The notes beneath the pieces are model-generated. The model was given only the letters and a program-made list of their open reading frames with translations. It was not told where the DNA came from and did no database searches. Of a stretch of DNA of 61,974 bases, positions 10,428-19,900 are shown in pieces (within the stretch, counting starts at the first letter, position 1; each line of letters begins with the position of its first letter). Origin of the DNA: Cyanophyceae cyanobacterium (GTDB lineage: Bacteria; Cyanobacteriota; Cyanobacteriia; Cyanobacteriales; JBHJGN01); assembly GCA_050331735.1 (NCBI GenBank), contig JBHJGN010000058.1:1-61974 (forward strand). The letters run 5' to 3'. A program made the position numbers and the translations under genes.

Positions 10428-11570
10428 ATGAGAGTAAGAAATCAATTTAGGAGCATCTCCTCGGAAATCCGCTACATTTTATGGTTATTTTTGTCTACGC
10501 GGATTGTTTTGACCCTAATCGGGGTTCTTTCTCGGGCCTTTGTAGAGCGTGGATTTGGCAAACAGTATAGCTGGACAAGCCATCTCTGGCTCGATCTTTG
10601 GGGAGTATGGGATACATTCTGGTACATGGATATTGCCCAAAACGGCTATTCTACGATCGGTCCGATTGAATCTAGTCCGGCGCAAACCAACTTTGCTTTT
10701 TTCCCGCTCTATCCGCTGTTGATGAGCCTACTGGGGAGAATCACTGGAGGAAATTACTACTTAGCTGGCATTGTTATTTCCAACGTTTGTTTGCTGGTGG
10801 CTTGCTATCTGTTGTACAGGCTAGTAGAAATGGAGTCGGATCGTCCAACGGCCCGGCGATCGCTTAAATATTTGTTTCTCTATCCCGTCGCCTTCATTTT
10901 TTCGGGGGTATTCACCGAATCACTGTATCTTTGTTTAGTGCTGCTCTGTTTCTATCTATCGAAACGTCAGCACTGGCTGCTAGCTGGCATTGCTGGCGCA
11001 TTTTTATCGGCAACGCGCACTCTGGGGGTGCTGATTGCTCTACCGCTTCTGTTCGAGTATGGGCGCAGCATTGAATTTAAGCCGAGCAAAATCCGCCTGG
11101 ATATTCTGTTTGTCCTGCTGATCCCGCTGGGGTTGATGGGATTTGCCCTCTACAGCTACTCGGTGACAGGCGACTTCTTATTTTTCAAAACCAACCAAGC
11201 GGCTTGGGGACGAGAAATTACGAATCCGTTAACGGCCCTGTGGATTGGCCTCCAGCGAGGTCTCATCGAATCCAACCCAACCAGGCTACTGGAGTTTGGG
11301 TTCTCTGTGGCAGCTTTGCTGCTGCTGAACGTTTTTATCACCAAGATTGGCTGGACCTACTGGCTGTTTAGCATGTATTCTCTGCTGATTCCGCTAGCGG
11401 CTGGCATTAATTCTATGCCTCGCTATACCTTGCCGATTTTTCCGCTGTTCATTGTGCTAGCGAAGCTGAGCCGCAATGAATCGTGGGACGATGCCTTAAC
11501 TCTTTTCCTGGGACTGTTGCAGGGCTGCCTGATGGTGTTTTGGTGTACCGGGCAAGCACTGGTGGTTTAA
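10428..11570 (+). CDS. GT-C fold mannosyltransferase-like membrane protein (PIG-V-like)
   Basis: WDTFWYMDIAQNGY, AFFPLYP, FTESLYL and SMPRY motifs; many TM segments. Confidence 0.85.
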   Translation: MRVRNQFRSISSEIRYILWLFLSTRIVLTLIGVLSRAFVERGFGKQYSWTSHLWLDLWGVWDTFWYMDIAQNGYSTIGPIESSPAQTNFAFFPLYPLLMSLLGRITGGNYYLAGIVISNVCLLVACYLLYRLVEMESDRPTARRSLKYLFLYPVAFIFSGVFTESLYLCLVLLCFYLSKRQHWLLAGIAGAFLSATRTLGVLIALPLLFEYGRSIEFKPSKIRLDILFVLLIPLGLMGFALYSYSVTGDFLFFKTNQAAWGREITNPLTALWIGLQRGLIESNPTRLLEFGFSVAALLLLNVFITKIGWTYWLFSMYSLLIPLAAGINSMPRYTLPIFPLFIVLAKLSRNESWDDALTLFLGLLQGCLMVFWCTGQALVV

Positions 11571-11682
11571 GTTCTCGTTGGGGCGATCGCGATTGAGCTG
11601 TGGATGACATTTTTCGGTCACATTTGCTGGTCATACTGTTAGGTATCAACATTAAACTGACAGTTTTTCCTCGCATTGAGTA

Positions 11683-12921
11683 ATGAGCGCATCGCACATT
11701 TTTCGACTGCTGATTGTTAGTACCAGCGCAGTTAGCCTCGGGCTGACTGGATATCTGGCCGAGCGCTCCGACGGAGGGTCAGTAGAGCAGCAGTGGCCTG
11801 TCGCCAACGCTAGTTTGGCTGCTAGCAGCGCGGATGCCGATGTGGAAGCGCTGGTCACTCTCGGTCCAAGAGTGGCCGGCACGGCAGGCAGCCGAGAGGC
11901 GATCGCCTATTTGCGCAATGAGTACCGTAGGGCAGGCTACGTAACCAAAGTGCAAACCTTTACCTATCCCAAATTTGAGGATCGGGGGTCGAGTTTAGCA
12001 GTCAGCGGCACGGCGATTGAAGGACGAGCCTTGAATGATTCTCCAGCCGGGGAACTGACAACCTCCCTCGTAGCGGTGCCGAACGTCGGGCGAGAGTCAG
12101 ATTTCGCTGCCGTCGATGTCGCTGGCAAGATAGCGATTGTCCGGCGCGGAGAAATTCGGTTTTTAGAAAAAGCCAACAATGCAGCGGCAGCGGGGGCGGT
12201 GGGGTTAGTGATTGTCAATCACTCCCCGGAGAATTTTAGAGGGACTTTAGGAGAGGAAACATCAATTCCAGTGTTAGCGGTGTCTGGCGAACAAGGCAGC
12301 CCTTTACTCAACGCTCAAGGGGGTGAGGCAACGCTGGTTGTTGATACGGTGGAACGCCTGGTGACGGGGCGGAACTTAATTGCCCATCGAGAAGGAGTAA
12401 CAGAGCCGGAGGTGCTGCTGGGCGCTCATTACGATTCGGTGGTGGATTCTCCAGGAGCCAACGATAATGCCTCCGGAACGGCAGTTCTGCTCGATATTGC
12501 CCGGAATCTGCCCGCTGAATCTGCCCAGAAAACTTGGTTTGTGGCCTTTGACGGGGAAGAGGACGGTTTACAAGGCTCAAGAGCGTTTGTAGAAGCGACA
12601 TCTCCTCAGTTTCTTTCCCAGCTTCAAGGGATGCTGAATTTCGACATGGTGGGAGTGAACGAAGAACTCCAGGTGGGAGGGACTGCCGCTTTAACGACTC
12701 TGGTTCAACAAGGCTCGTCAGAAGCAGGAGGAGGAAGCGATCACGTCCCGTTTGCTGAGGCTGGCGTGCCGGTGCTTTTCTTTACGCGCGGGTTAGACCC
12801 TAACTATCATCAGCCAACGGATTTACAGGTTGTTCCCAGGCTACTCGATGAAACAACAGAAGCGGGTTTAGGGGTTGTTGAGAAGCTTTTGAGCGAAGGG
12901 GCGTTGCTGGATAGGAGATAG
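11683..12921 (+). CDS. Secreted M28 aminopeptidase with PA domain
   Basis: Signal-like N-terminus, PA domain GKIAIVRRG, and metal-site motifs GAHYDS, GANDNASG, DGEEDGL, NFDMVG, SDH and YHQPTD. Confidence 0.9.
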   Translation: MSASHIFRLLIVSTSAVSLGLTGYLAERSDGGSVEQQWPVANASLAASSADADVEALVTLGPRVAGTAGSREAIAYLRNEYRRAGYVTKVQTFTYPKFEDRGSSLAVSGTAIEGRALNDSPAGELTTSLVAVPNVGRESDFAAVDVAGKIAIVRRGEIRFLEKANNAAAAGAVGLVIVNHSPENFRGTLGEETSIPVLAVSGEQGSPLLNAQGGEATLVVDTVERLVTGRNLIAHREGVTEPEVLLGAHYDSVVDSPGANDNASGTAVLLDIARNLPAESAQKTWFVAFDGEEDGLQGSRAFVEATSPQFLSQLQGMLNFDMVGVNEELQVGGTAALTTLVQQGSSEAGGGSDHVPFAEAGVPVLFFTRGLDPNYHQPTDLQVVPRLLDETTEAGLGVVEKLLSEGALLDRR

Positions 12922-12936
12922 TTTGGAAGTTAGTCG

Positions 12937-13422
12937 TTAATCATCGATGATAAGTGGGTTTGCCAGACGCTTTTCCATCGCATAGTTGGTAAATGTTTCT
13001 CCTCGGCGAGCGACCTGCTGTTCTTTGAGCACTGAAAAACCGAGGCGTTGGAAGAAGGGCTTGGCAGTCATGCTGGCTTCTGTAAACAGACGAGGCAGCC
13101 TCAACTGTTGAGCCTGCGCCTCTATTGCTTCATAAAGACGAATCCCGACTCCTTGGCGCTGATAGTGCTTGTGGCAGTAGAAGCAATCGATATGACCATT
13201 TGGCTCAAGTTGGGCAAAACCAGCGATCGCTCCCGCTTGCTCGGCAACAACGGTAAACCGACTAGAGCATACCTGTTCCCAGTCCCTGAAATAGATGTCA
13301 TCAGGAGCCCATGCCTGAACCTGGCTTTCTGAATAATCGCGGCGATTGATTTCGCGCACTGTATCGTGAAATAACTGCGCGATCTGCTCAGTATCCTCGG
13401 GTCGAAACAGCCGGATTTTCAC
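12937..13422 (-). CDS. GNAT acetyltransferase (YafP-like)
   Basis: DYSESQVQAWA, YQRQGVG and EASMTAKPFF motifs. Its start overlaps the yebC stop by 4 bp. Confidence 0.9.
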   Translation of the reverse strand: MKIRLFRPEDTEQIAQLFHDTVREINRRDYSESQVQAWAPDDIYFRDWEQVCSSRFTVVAEQAGAIAGFAQLEPNGHIDCFYCHKHYQRQGVGIRLYEAIEAQAQQLRLPRLFTEASMTAKPFFQRLGFSVLKEQQVARRGETFTNYAMEKRLANPLIIDD

Positions 13423-14168
13423 GCCATGCTAACCGCCATGACTTCATCAGCCATTTCAAAGTTGGTCGTCACGTTTTGCACATCGTCTAGAGATTCTAGA
13501 GCATCAATCAGCTTCAGAAGCGATCGCGCCTGTTCCGCATCGGTAACTTCCACCGTATTGCTTGGAATCCAGCGGAGTTCGGCTTCGCTGACGGGAAATT
13601 GCTCCTGCAAGGTCTGATTAAGGGTTTCTAAATTGGCAACTTCGGTATAGACTGCTGCGGCATTGTCTTCGAGTTCGTAGGTTTCAGCCCCCCCTTCTAT
13701 TGAAGCTTCCAGCAACTGCTCTTCCTCTACTTCCCCGTCTAGATACACAACCCCCTTTTGCTCAAACATCCAGCTTACGCAGCCAGTTTCTCCTAAGTTG
13801 CCGCCGTTTTTACTAAAGGCTGAGCGGAGGTCGGCTGCGGTGCGGTTGCGGTTGTCGGTCAAAGCTTCAATGAGGATGGCTACTCCGCCAGGACCATAGC
13901 CCTCATAGCGAATTTCCTCGAGCGCTTCGCCGCTATCAAAGGTTCCTGCACCTTTAGCGATCGCTCTCTCAATATTGTCGTTCGGGATTCCTGCCGCCTT
14001 GGCCTTTTCGATGGCGGTGCGGAGTTGAAAGTTGCCGCTGGGATCGCTAAGACCATTACGCGCTGCTACAATAATCGCGCGGGATAGCTGAGTAAAGGTC
14101 TTGCCTTTCTTGGCATCAACTCTTTCTTTCTGACGTTTTATATTGGCCCACTTACTATGTCCTGCCAT
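13419..14168 (-). CDS. yebC: YebC/PmpR family protein
   Basis: MAGHSKWANIK, YEGYGPGG and TDNRNRT signatures. Confidence 0.96.
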   Translation of the reverse strand: MAGHSKWANIKRQKERVDAKKGKTFTQLSRAIIVAARNGLSDPSGNFQLRTAIEKAKAAGIPNDNIERAIAKGAGTFDSGEALEEIRYEGYGPGGVAILIEALTDNRNRTAADLRSAFSKNGGNLGETGCVSWMFEQKGVVYLDGEVEEEQLLEASIEGGAETYELEDNAAAVYTEVANLETLNQTLQEQFPVSEAELRWIPSNTVEVTDAEQARSLLKLIDALESLDDVQNVTTNFEMADEVMAVSMA

Positions 14169-14240
14169 AGCGATGATTCAACTAATCTTCAGATCTAGCT
14201 TACACAAGGTCAATTCAAAATTGAGCTTCAGCTAGTTAAG

Positions 14241-15287
14241 CTACAGATTATCGCTCACGGCATACAGAACTGAACCAATCAGTCCGACTTGAGGATTAAC
14301 GATAACGTTGATTGGGATTTGTTCGAGCAACACGCTTAAGCGTCCTTTTTGCTTAAACGCCGTCAAAAAGCGTTCTTCCTGCATTAAAGGCAAAATTTTA
14401 GCAGCAATGCCTCCAGCGATGTAAATACCGCCATAGGGCAGGAGTTTCAGCGCTAAGTTTCCGATTTCTGCCCCATACGCTTCCACAAACATCTGCATCG
14501 TTTTTTCGCAGAGGCGATCGCGCTTTTCTAAGGCGGCTTGAGAGATTACAGCCCCAGGATCGACGGTTCTTTCCTGTTTACTGGCGAGCTGTTGCTCCCA
14601 GGTTCTAATCTTCTCACTGATCTCGGATGATTCAGCAGCAAAATTAGTATCGCGCAAAAACTGATAAATTGCGGCGATTCCTTGACCAGACACCACCCGT
14701 TCGACGGAAACCCGACTGATGCTGTATTTTTTCTCAATGTACTGTAGCAACTGCCACTCTAGCTCAGTACGGGGTGCAAAATCGGTGTGTCCGCCTTCGG
14801 TGGCGATGACTTGGTAAGAACTATCACCTTTGGGAATCAGGAATCCCTCGCCTAAGCCTGTTCCCGCACCAATAACCGCCATTGGATGTTCGTCAGAAGC
14901 CGTTGCCGTCTGTAGCGTCTGCAAGTCGTCGTCTTTTAATCCGGGAATGCCGTAGCAAACGGCGGCGAAATCGTTGATTAAGCTGACTTTTTTGATGGCT
15001 AGTTCTTCGGCAAGTCGCTGGCTAGTGAGGAACCAGCTCAGATTAGTTAGCTTTGAAGTATTCTTGAATACAGGTCCGGCGATCGCAAAACAGGCAACAT
15101 CGGGCGCAGGGCGATCGGCATCAGCAAGAAAATCCTGCACAATTGGAACTAAATCGGAGTAGTTTCCACTCACGTATTGAGCGCTGTGGATAGATTCAAA
15201 TCCGTCTTGGGCAACCTCAACCAAGCGCAAAATCGTCTTAGTGCCGCCAATGTCTCCTGCTAGTAATAGCATCTGCTCAATTGTCAA
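14241..15287 (-). CDS. glk: Glucokinase
   Basis: GDIGGTKT, INDFAA, GAGTGLGE, EGGHTDF and GGIYIAGGI motifs. Confidence 0.95.
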   Translation of the reverse strand: MTIEQMLLLAGDIGGTKTILRLVEVAQDGFESIHSAQYVSGNYSDLVPIVQDFLADADRPAPDVACFAIAGPVFKNTSKLTNLSWFLTSQRLAEELAIKKVSLINDFAAVCYGIPGLKDDDLQTLQTATASDEHPMAVIGAGTGLGEGFLIPKGDSSYQVIATEGGHTDFAPRTELEWQLLQYIEKKYSISRVSVERVVSGQGIAAIYQFLRDTNFAAESSEISEKIRTWEQQLASKQERTVDPGAVISQAALEKRDRLCEKTMQMFVEAYGAEIGNLALKLLPYGGIYIAGGIAAKILPLMQEERFLTAFKQKGRLSVLLEQIPINVIVNPQVGLIGSVLYAVSDNL

Positions 15288-15336
15288 TCGATTACACCTA
15301 AAAGCATAAACTAGAAAGGTCTTTCCTCCTCTGTAT

Positions 15337-15927
15337 CTAAAAAGAAGAACCTGGCTGCTTGAGAAACGCCTCCTCTTCAGACGTATTCTCTCGCCCTAAA
15401 ATTTTGTTGCGATGGGGAAAGCGCCCAAAGCGTTCGATTACTTTGAGGTGACGATGAGCGTATTCTATATAGTCTGCCAGCGTTGGATCGTTTTCTAGAG
15501 TAGAAAATAGCCCAACGCAGCGTCTTTGATCTCGAATATTTTCACTGTGTTCAAAGGGAAGGTAAATAAACGTGCGCTGGATGGGGAGTAGTTGGTGGTC
15601 ATAGCCTTGAGAAACGGCGTGTTTAGCAAACTTAAGCGCTTGGGCATCTGTGGCGAAGGCTTGTGGCTGGAGACGAAATAGATTGCGCGGAAACTGATCG
15701 AGCAAGAGGATTAGGGCTAAACAGCTACGGGGTGAATCTTGCCAACTATCAAGTTCGCCTGCGGCGGCTTGTTGGTAGAGGGGGAGGAAGCGCGATCGCA
15801 CTTCTTCATCAAACTTCGGGTTTTTGATAAACCAGGCTTTACGAGGTTTACCGTAATCTTCATCATTGGGGTTGCCAAACCAGAAGGTTAGCATTTCTTT
15901 AACTTGCGACATAGGTTTTAGAGTCAA
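15337..15927 (-). CDS. DUF924 family protein
   Basis: FWF...WF, LDQFPRN, YLPFEHSE and RFGRFPHRN motifs. Confidence 0.93.
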   Translation of the reverse strand: MTLKPMSQVKEMLTFWFGNPNDEDYGKPRKAWFIKNPKFDEEVRSRFLPLYQQAAAGELDSWQDSPRSCLALILLLDQFPRNLFRLQPQAFATDAQALKFAKHAVSQGYDHQLLPIQRTFIYLPFEHSENIRDQRRCVGLFSTLENDPTLADYIEYAHRHLKVIERFGRFPHRNKILGRENTSEEEAFLKQPGSSF

Positions 15928-16017
15928 CCGTTGGTCGTTGATAATATAAGCAATTAGAATTTAAGGCTAGTATACTTTTACTTGGATCTAATTTTGTATA
16001 GGGAGTATTTTTAAGAG

Positions 16018-16752
16018 ATGAAGCTTCCATCAGAGAGAAAGCAGCAAGATTCAGGAATAGAGTATGTAGAAGAGGTCTTTAGAGAGCTAAAAAAAAGAGT
16101 GGTTCCCAGAAAAATTATCTTAGAATCTTCAAATCAAAAACTTAAAAAAACATTGATAGTATTCTATGTTGTGTCTTTCCTTTTACTTGCTGCTCTATTC
16201 ATGCTCAAGTCGCTGTTTCCATCTGGAAGCATAATATTTACAGCGATTGCAGTTTTTGTTTTTCTATTAATAGTTTTAACGATCAGCTTAATAATGCTCT
16301 ATTTTGTCATTATAGCCTTTACTAAAGAGGGAGGGAAAAGCCTAAAAACAAGCCGGTTTATTAGCAATGCAAAAGATACATTTATCAAAAGTAGGAAAGC
16401 GTCTAAATTTGCAGCAGTTGAAAGAGATGTGATCTTAAAATCGATAGAGCTGCATTTTGAGCATTTATATACAAAAAGTCAGGAGGCGAAAGAAGCACGA
16501 GTTAATATTATATCCGTTATCGTGAGCCTAATTTCAGTTGCTTTTACTGTTTTTATTTTCCCTGATTTTCTAAGTGAAAGTAAGATGGTCCTGATTGCTA
16601 CATGCGTAGGAGTATTTGCCGGATTGACAGCATTGGTTAAACCTTTACTTAGTGCTGTAGAGCCACATGATAAAAGTATCTATGAAAATTGTTTACTTGA
16701 GCTAAAACAGATGAGACTTGAAAATGAAACAACTGCCAAATCAGAACAATAA
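16018..16752 (+). CDS. Hypothetical membrane protein with about four TM helices, AT-rich
   Basis: 244-aa ORF with two pairs of hydrophobic helices. It is visibly more AT-rich than its neighbours. Confidence 0.7.
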   Translation: MKLPSERKQQDSGIEYVEEVFRELKKRVVPRKIILESSNQKLKKTLIVFYVVSFLLLAALFMLKSLFPSGSIIFTAIAVFVFLLIVLTISLIMLYFVIIAFTKEGGKSLKTSRFISNAKDTFIKSRKASKFAAVERDVILKSIELHFEHLYTKSQEAKEARVNIISVIVSLISVAFTVFIFPDFLSESKMVLIATCVGVFAGLTALVKPLLSAVEPHDKSIYENCLLELKQMRLENETTAKSEQ

Positions 16753-16759
16753 GTCAACT

Positions 16760-16925
16760 GTGCCTAGAGGACAAAACAAGGGGAAAAGACTGTTAACCAA
16801 GCTTAAAGAAGTAAAAATTCATGGTCCAGAAGACTTTGCTGCCAACATCGATTTATATCTGAGCGGAGAAAAGCGTATTGACGACAATCTTCATTGACAC
16901 TTACTCTGTTGTTGCTTTAGCGTGA
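16760..16925 (+). pseudogene. Relic of a VapBC-like toxin-antitoxin pair
   Basis: 16760-16897 encodes ...LLTKLKEVKIHGPEDFAANIDLYLSGEKRIDDNLH* (antitoxin-like). An overlapping TTG ORF at 16878-16925 encodes MTTIFIDTYSVVALA*, resembling the first strand of a PIN domain, then stops. Confidence 0.55.
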
Positions 16926-17446
16926 TCAGTACTGTAGAAAAAAGAGTAGAGCAAAGCCTTACGCGAGAAATGAAAAGCATAAAAATTAACACTTCAGAAG
17001 ATTTGGCTGCTAGTTTTAAGCTGTTTATTAACGAGGAAAAAATTAGCGAAGCCGTAGCGGTTGAGCATAACGGTGAGGTAGTAGGAGTTTACTACCCAAA
17101 ACGATGCCTTGATATGAAGTGCCTTGAGACGGTGACTCAGAAAGCATCAGTTGAAGCTGAGACCACTGAAGATGAATTTGCTGATGTTGAGGAAAGAGAA
17201 ACTCAAGTGTTAGCATTATCCTCCAATAATGAACCTATATCTTTTCTGGAAGCGACTCAGGAGTTTGCTGGTTGCTTAGATAGAGGACCAAAAGATCTTT
17301 CTGTCAGAAAGCTGGAGAATGATCGCCTCTTTGCTAAACTCGATCAAATACTTGATCGGATGGCAGCACAAAGTGGCATGACGAGAGATGAATTAGCTGA
17401 TGCTCTCGATCCAAGTAAACCATTTCCGTTTGAGCAAGATGATTAG
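16922..17446 (+). CDS. Antitoxin-like hypothetical protein (probable start ATG near 16970)
   Basis: Phd/YefM-like segment AVAVEHNGEVVGVYYP, an internal SFLEATQEFAGCLDRGPKDLS segment, and a C-terminal GMTRDELADALDPSKPFP. Confidence 0.55.
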   Translation: MISTVEKRVEQSLTREMKSIKINTSEDLAASFKLFINEEKISEAVAVEHNGEVVGVYYPKRCLDMKCLETVTQKASVEAETTEDEFADVEERETQVLALSSNNEPISFLEATQEFAGCLDRGPKDLSVRKLENDRLFAKLDQILDRMAAQSGMTRDELADALDPSKPFPFEQDD

Positions 17447-17459
17447 CCTCTTAAAGCTA

Positions 17460-18794
17460 TTAATTCGACGGCTGGCCAACTTCCTGAATACTCTTGGATA
17501 AAGCTTTCTCTTTTGACTGTAATACGAGAGACTCTACCTGCTTTTCTAGGCGATCGCAACAATATAAAACTAGCTGTAACCCCTCTTCATAAGATATCTT
17601 TCCAGTCGGTGACGCAAACTTATCGAGCAATTCTGCTTCTGTTGTTCGGTACTCTCCCATCGACTTGAGCTGATTCAAACACTCAAAGTTGCCTGCTGCC
17701 GAACTAAATTCTACGATTGAATCTATATAGTTTTTGACCTCTGCACTTTTAACGCCTTCAGTAACGGCACTGTGCAGCAAGCTCCCATTTAAATAGCTGA
17801 ATTCTGGCACTTTAAGCTGCTTGCCTGTAAGTTCAAAAGTCTTAACGGGTGCGGGTCGAACGGTAATTCCCTCCCGGCGCACTCGATTAGCCGCTTCCAC
17901 CACCAGCGTTACCAGTGCTAGAGTGACTTCAGGATAGTTACTATCCATTCCCCGTAGCTCTACCGTTCCGAGTTTATTGAGTCTTACCGGGTTCCAGCCA
18001 GCTTTAAGCAACTCACCGCCAGAGTCCCAAAACAACCGCCTTTCCACTCCGGCTTCATCCATCGCTTGCAGCCAAGTATAGTAGCGATAGAACTGCTGTT
18101 CCACCAAATCTTCTACTGTCTCGGCATAGGGCATCAAACCACCGACAGGCTGAAGATGAGTATAAACTCCTTCCCAACCAAACTCTTTGCTACCTCGGTA
18201 GTGCATCGTGCGCATCGCCATTCCTGCTTCTGTGCCATCGTAGAAAGGACAGGCGCGAGAGAGCGCAATCAAAGCAGCATCTAAGGCAGTCACCAGATTG
18301 TAAACGCTCAGCAGTTCTTCTCGATCCTCCGCAGAAGAACCATAAGCCACCCCAAGCCTGCGATCAATCACGCTTTCTGCTAATTCCAAATGAAGGTGAG
18401 TTCCGGTACATTTAGCAGCATTTTGAAAGCGCTTGGCTCCCACAGTCCGGACTTGCAGAAGCGCATTCTGTTTGTGGCGAACGACGGGGGTAAAGTGAAG
18501 CGGATAGGTAGAGAGAGGATAAAGCCTGAGATCGAGTTCTCGCGCTACTTTTAAAGCTAGTTGCAGGATGTCGAGGTAGTCCTCAGTGAGTTCAGCAATA
18601 TCGTGAACGGGAAGCGTGTTAATCTCGACGATACTTTTCACAAATTCTGTCGCAAAGCATTCTGAGGGTCGAGTGTGTGCAGCGGCATCTCGACACCGTT
18701 CCAGAAAGGCATCAGCTTGGTTAGATAACGCGCCATGAGCATCAACCAGAAAGAATTCCTGTTCCAGTCCGAGGCGACGGTTAGCAATATTCAT
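17460..18794 (-). CDS. Glutamate--cysteine ligase family 2 (GCS2) protein
   Basis: LGLEQEFFLVD, VEINT, GTHLH and GTVELR motifs. Confidence 0.85.
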   Translation of the reverse strand: MNIANRRLGLEQEFFLVDAHGALSNQADAFLERCRDAAAHTRPSECFATEFVKSIVEINTLPVHDIAELTEDYLDILQLALKVARELDLRLYPLSTYPLHFTPVVRHKQNALLQVRTVGAKRFQNAAKCTGTHLHLELAESVIDRRLGVAYGSSAEDREELLSVYNLVTALDAALIALSRACPFYDGTEAGMAMRTMHYRGSKEFGWEGVYTHLQPVGGLMPYAETVEDLVEQQFYRYYTWLQAMDEAGVERRLFWDSGGELLKAGWNPVRLNKLGTVELRGMDSNYPEVTLALVTLVVEAANRVRREGITVRPAPVKTFELTGKQLKVPEFSYLNGSLLHSAVTEGVKSAEVKNYIDSIVEFSSAAGNFECLNQLKSMGEYRTTEAELLDKFASPTGKISYEEGLQLVLYCCDRLEKQVESLVLQSKEKALSKSIQEVGQPSN

Positions 18795-19126
18795 GCAGCT
18801 CCTGCTAGGCTAAGATCCTCAATTCTAATCTCTGTTAAGGATTAGTAAACGTCGGAGTACGGTTCGATTATTATTTTGCTGTTTTAGCAAGAGCGCTGTC
18901 ACGGTTGCTACAGACAACCGAATTGCTTCACCGATAGATATAGAACCCTATGATTAGAGCGAAGAAGGATAGCACGACATAAATAAAAATCAGATTAAAG
19001 AAAAAATTTTTGAAGTTCTTGAACATCATGTCAATCGATAACGATAAATTTAGATAAATTTATTCTACCGACTTCTCTTTCTTGAATCCTCCACCGTCTA
19101 TAGCTCATAAAACTTGTCTGGGATTA

Positions 19127-19900
19127 TCAAGCGATCGCCGCCCAGTCGGTATTAGGAACAGAATCGAGAAAAGCGCTGCCAATTTGGGTTGTGCCATTCA
19201 TGTACCAAACCGCATTTTTTCCGTTGGCGGCGTTACGCCACATCAGGTCGGGGTTGTTATCGCCGTTGAAGTCGTTGACTCCAGCAATATCCCAATCCCG
19301 GTTGCTCACCCGGTTCAAGTTAGCACTGCCAATCCGTTGCGTTTGGTTCATATGCCAGACGACGTTCAATCCATTGCTCCCGTTACGCCATACGAGATCT
19401 TCTGAGCCGTCACCGTTAAAGTCTCCAACTCCTTTGATGTTCCAGTCGGTGTTTTTCACTGGGTCAAGGTTGGCGCTGCCGATACGCCGGGTATTATTCA
19501 TGTACCAAACCGAGTTGAGACCGGTTCTAGAGTTGCGCCAGAGCAAATCGTCCTTGTCGTCGCCGTTAAAGTCTCCAACGCTAACAATATCCCAGTTTAA
19601 GTTGCGAACTTGGTAGAATGAATCGCTGCCAATGCGTTCTGTCCCGTTCATATACCAAACAGCGTTGATTCCTGTTGCCGAGTTACGCCAAATCAGGTCT
19701 TCCAAGCCATCATCGTTGAAGTCTCCCGTCCCCTTAATTTTCCAATCAGAGTTACGAGCTTGCATCAGGGAGACGTTATCCATGCGGGTTATGCCGTTCA
19801 TATACCAGACCGCGTTCTGTCCGGTCGCTTCATTGCGCCACATCAGATCCGCTCTACCGTCGTTATTCAAGTCACCTATAGTGCTGAGGTTCCAATTTAG
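19127..19900 (-). repeat. FG-GAP/VCBS-type tandem repeats (about 49 aa x4)
   Basis: WxIxxxGDFNxDGxxDLxWRNxxxGxNxVWxMN is repeated four times. Confidence 0.9.
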
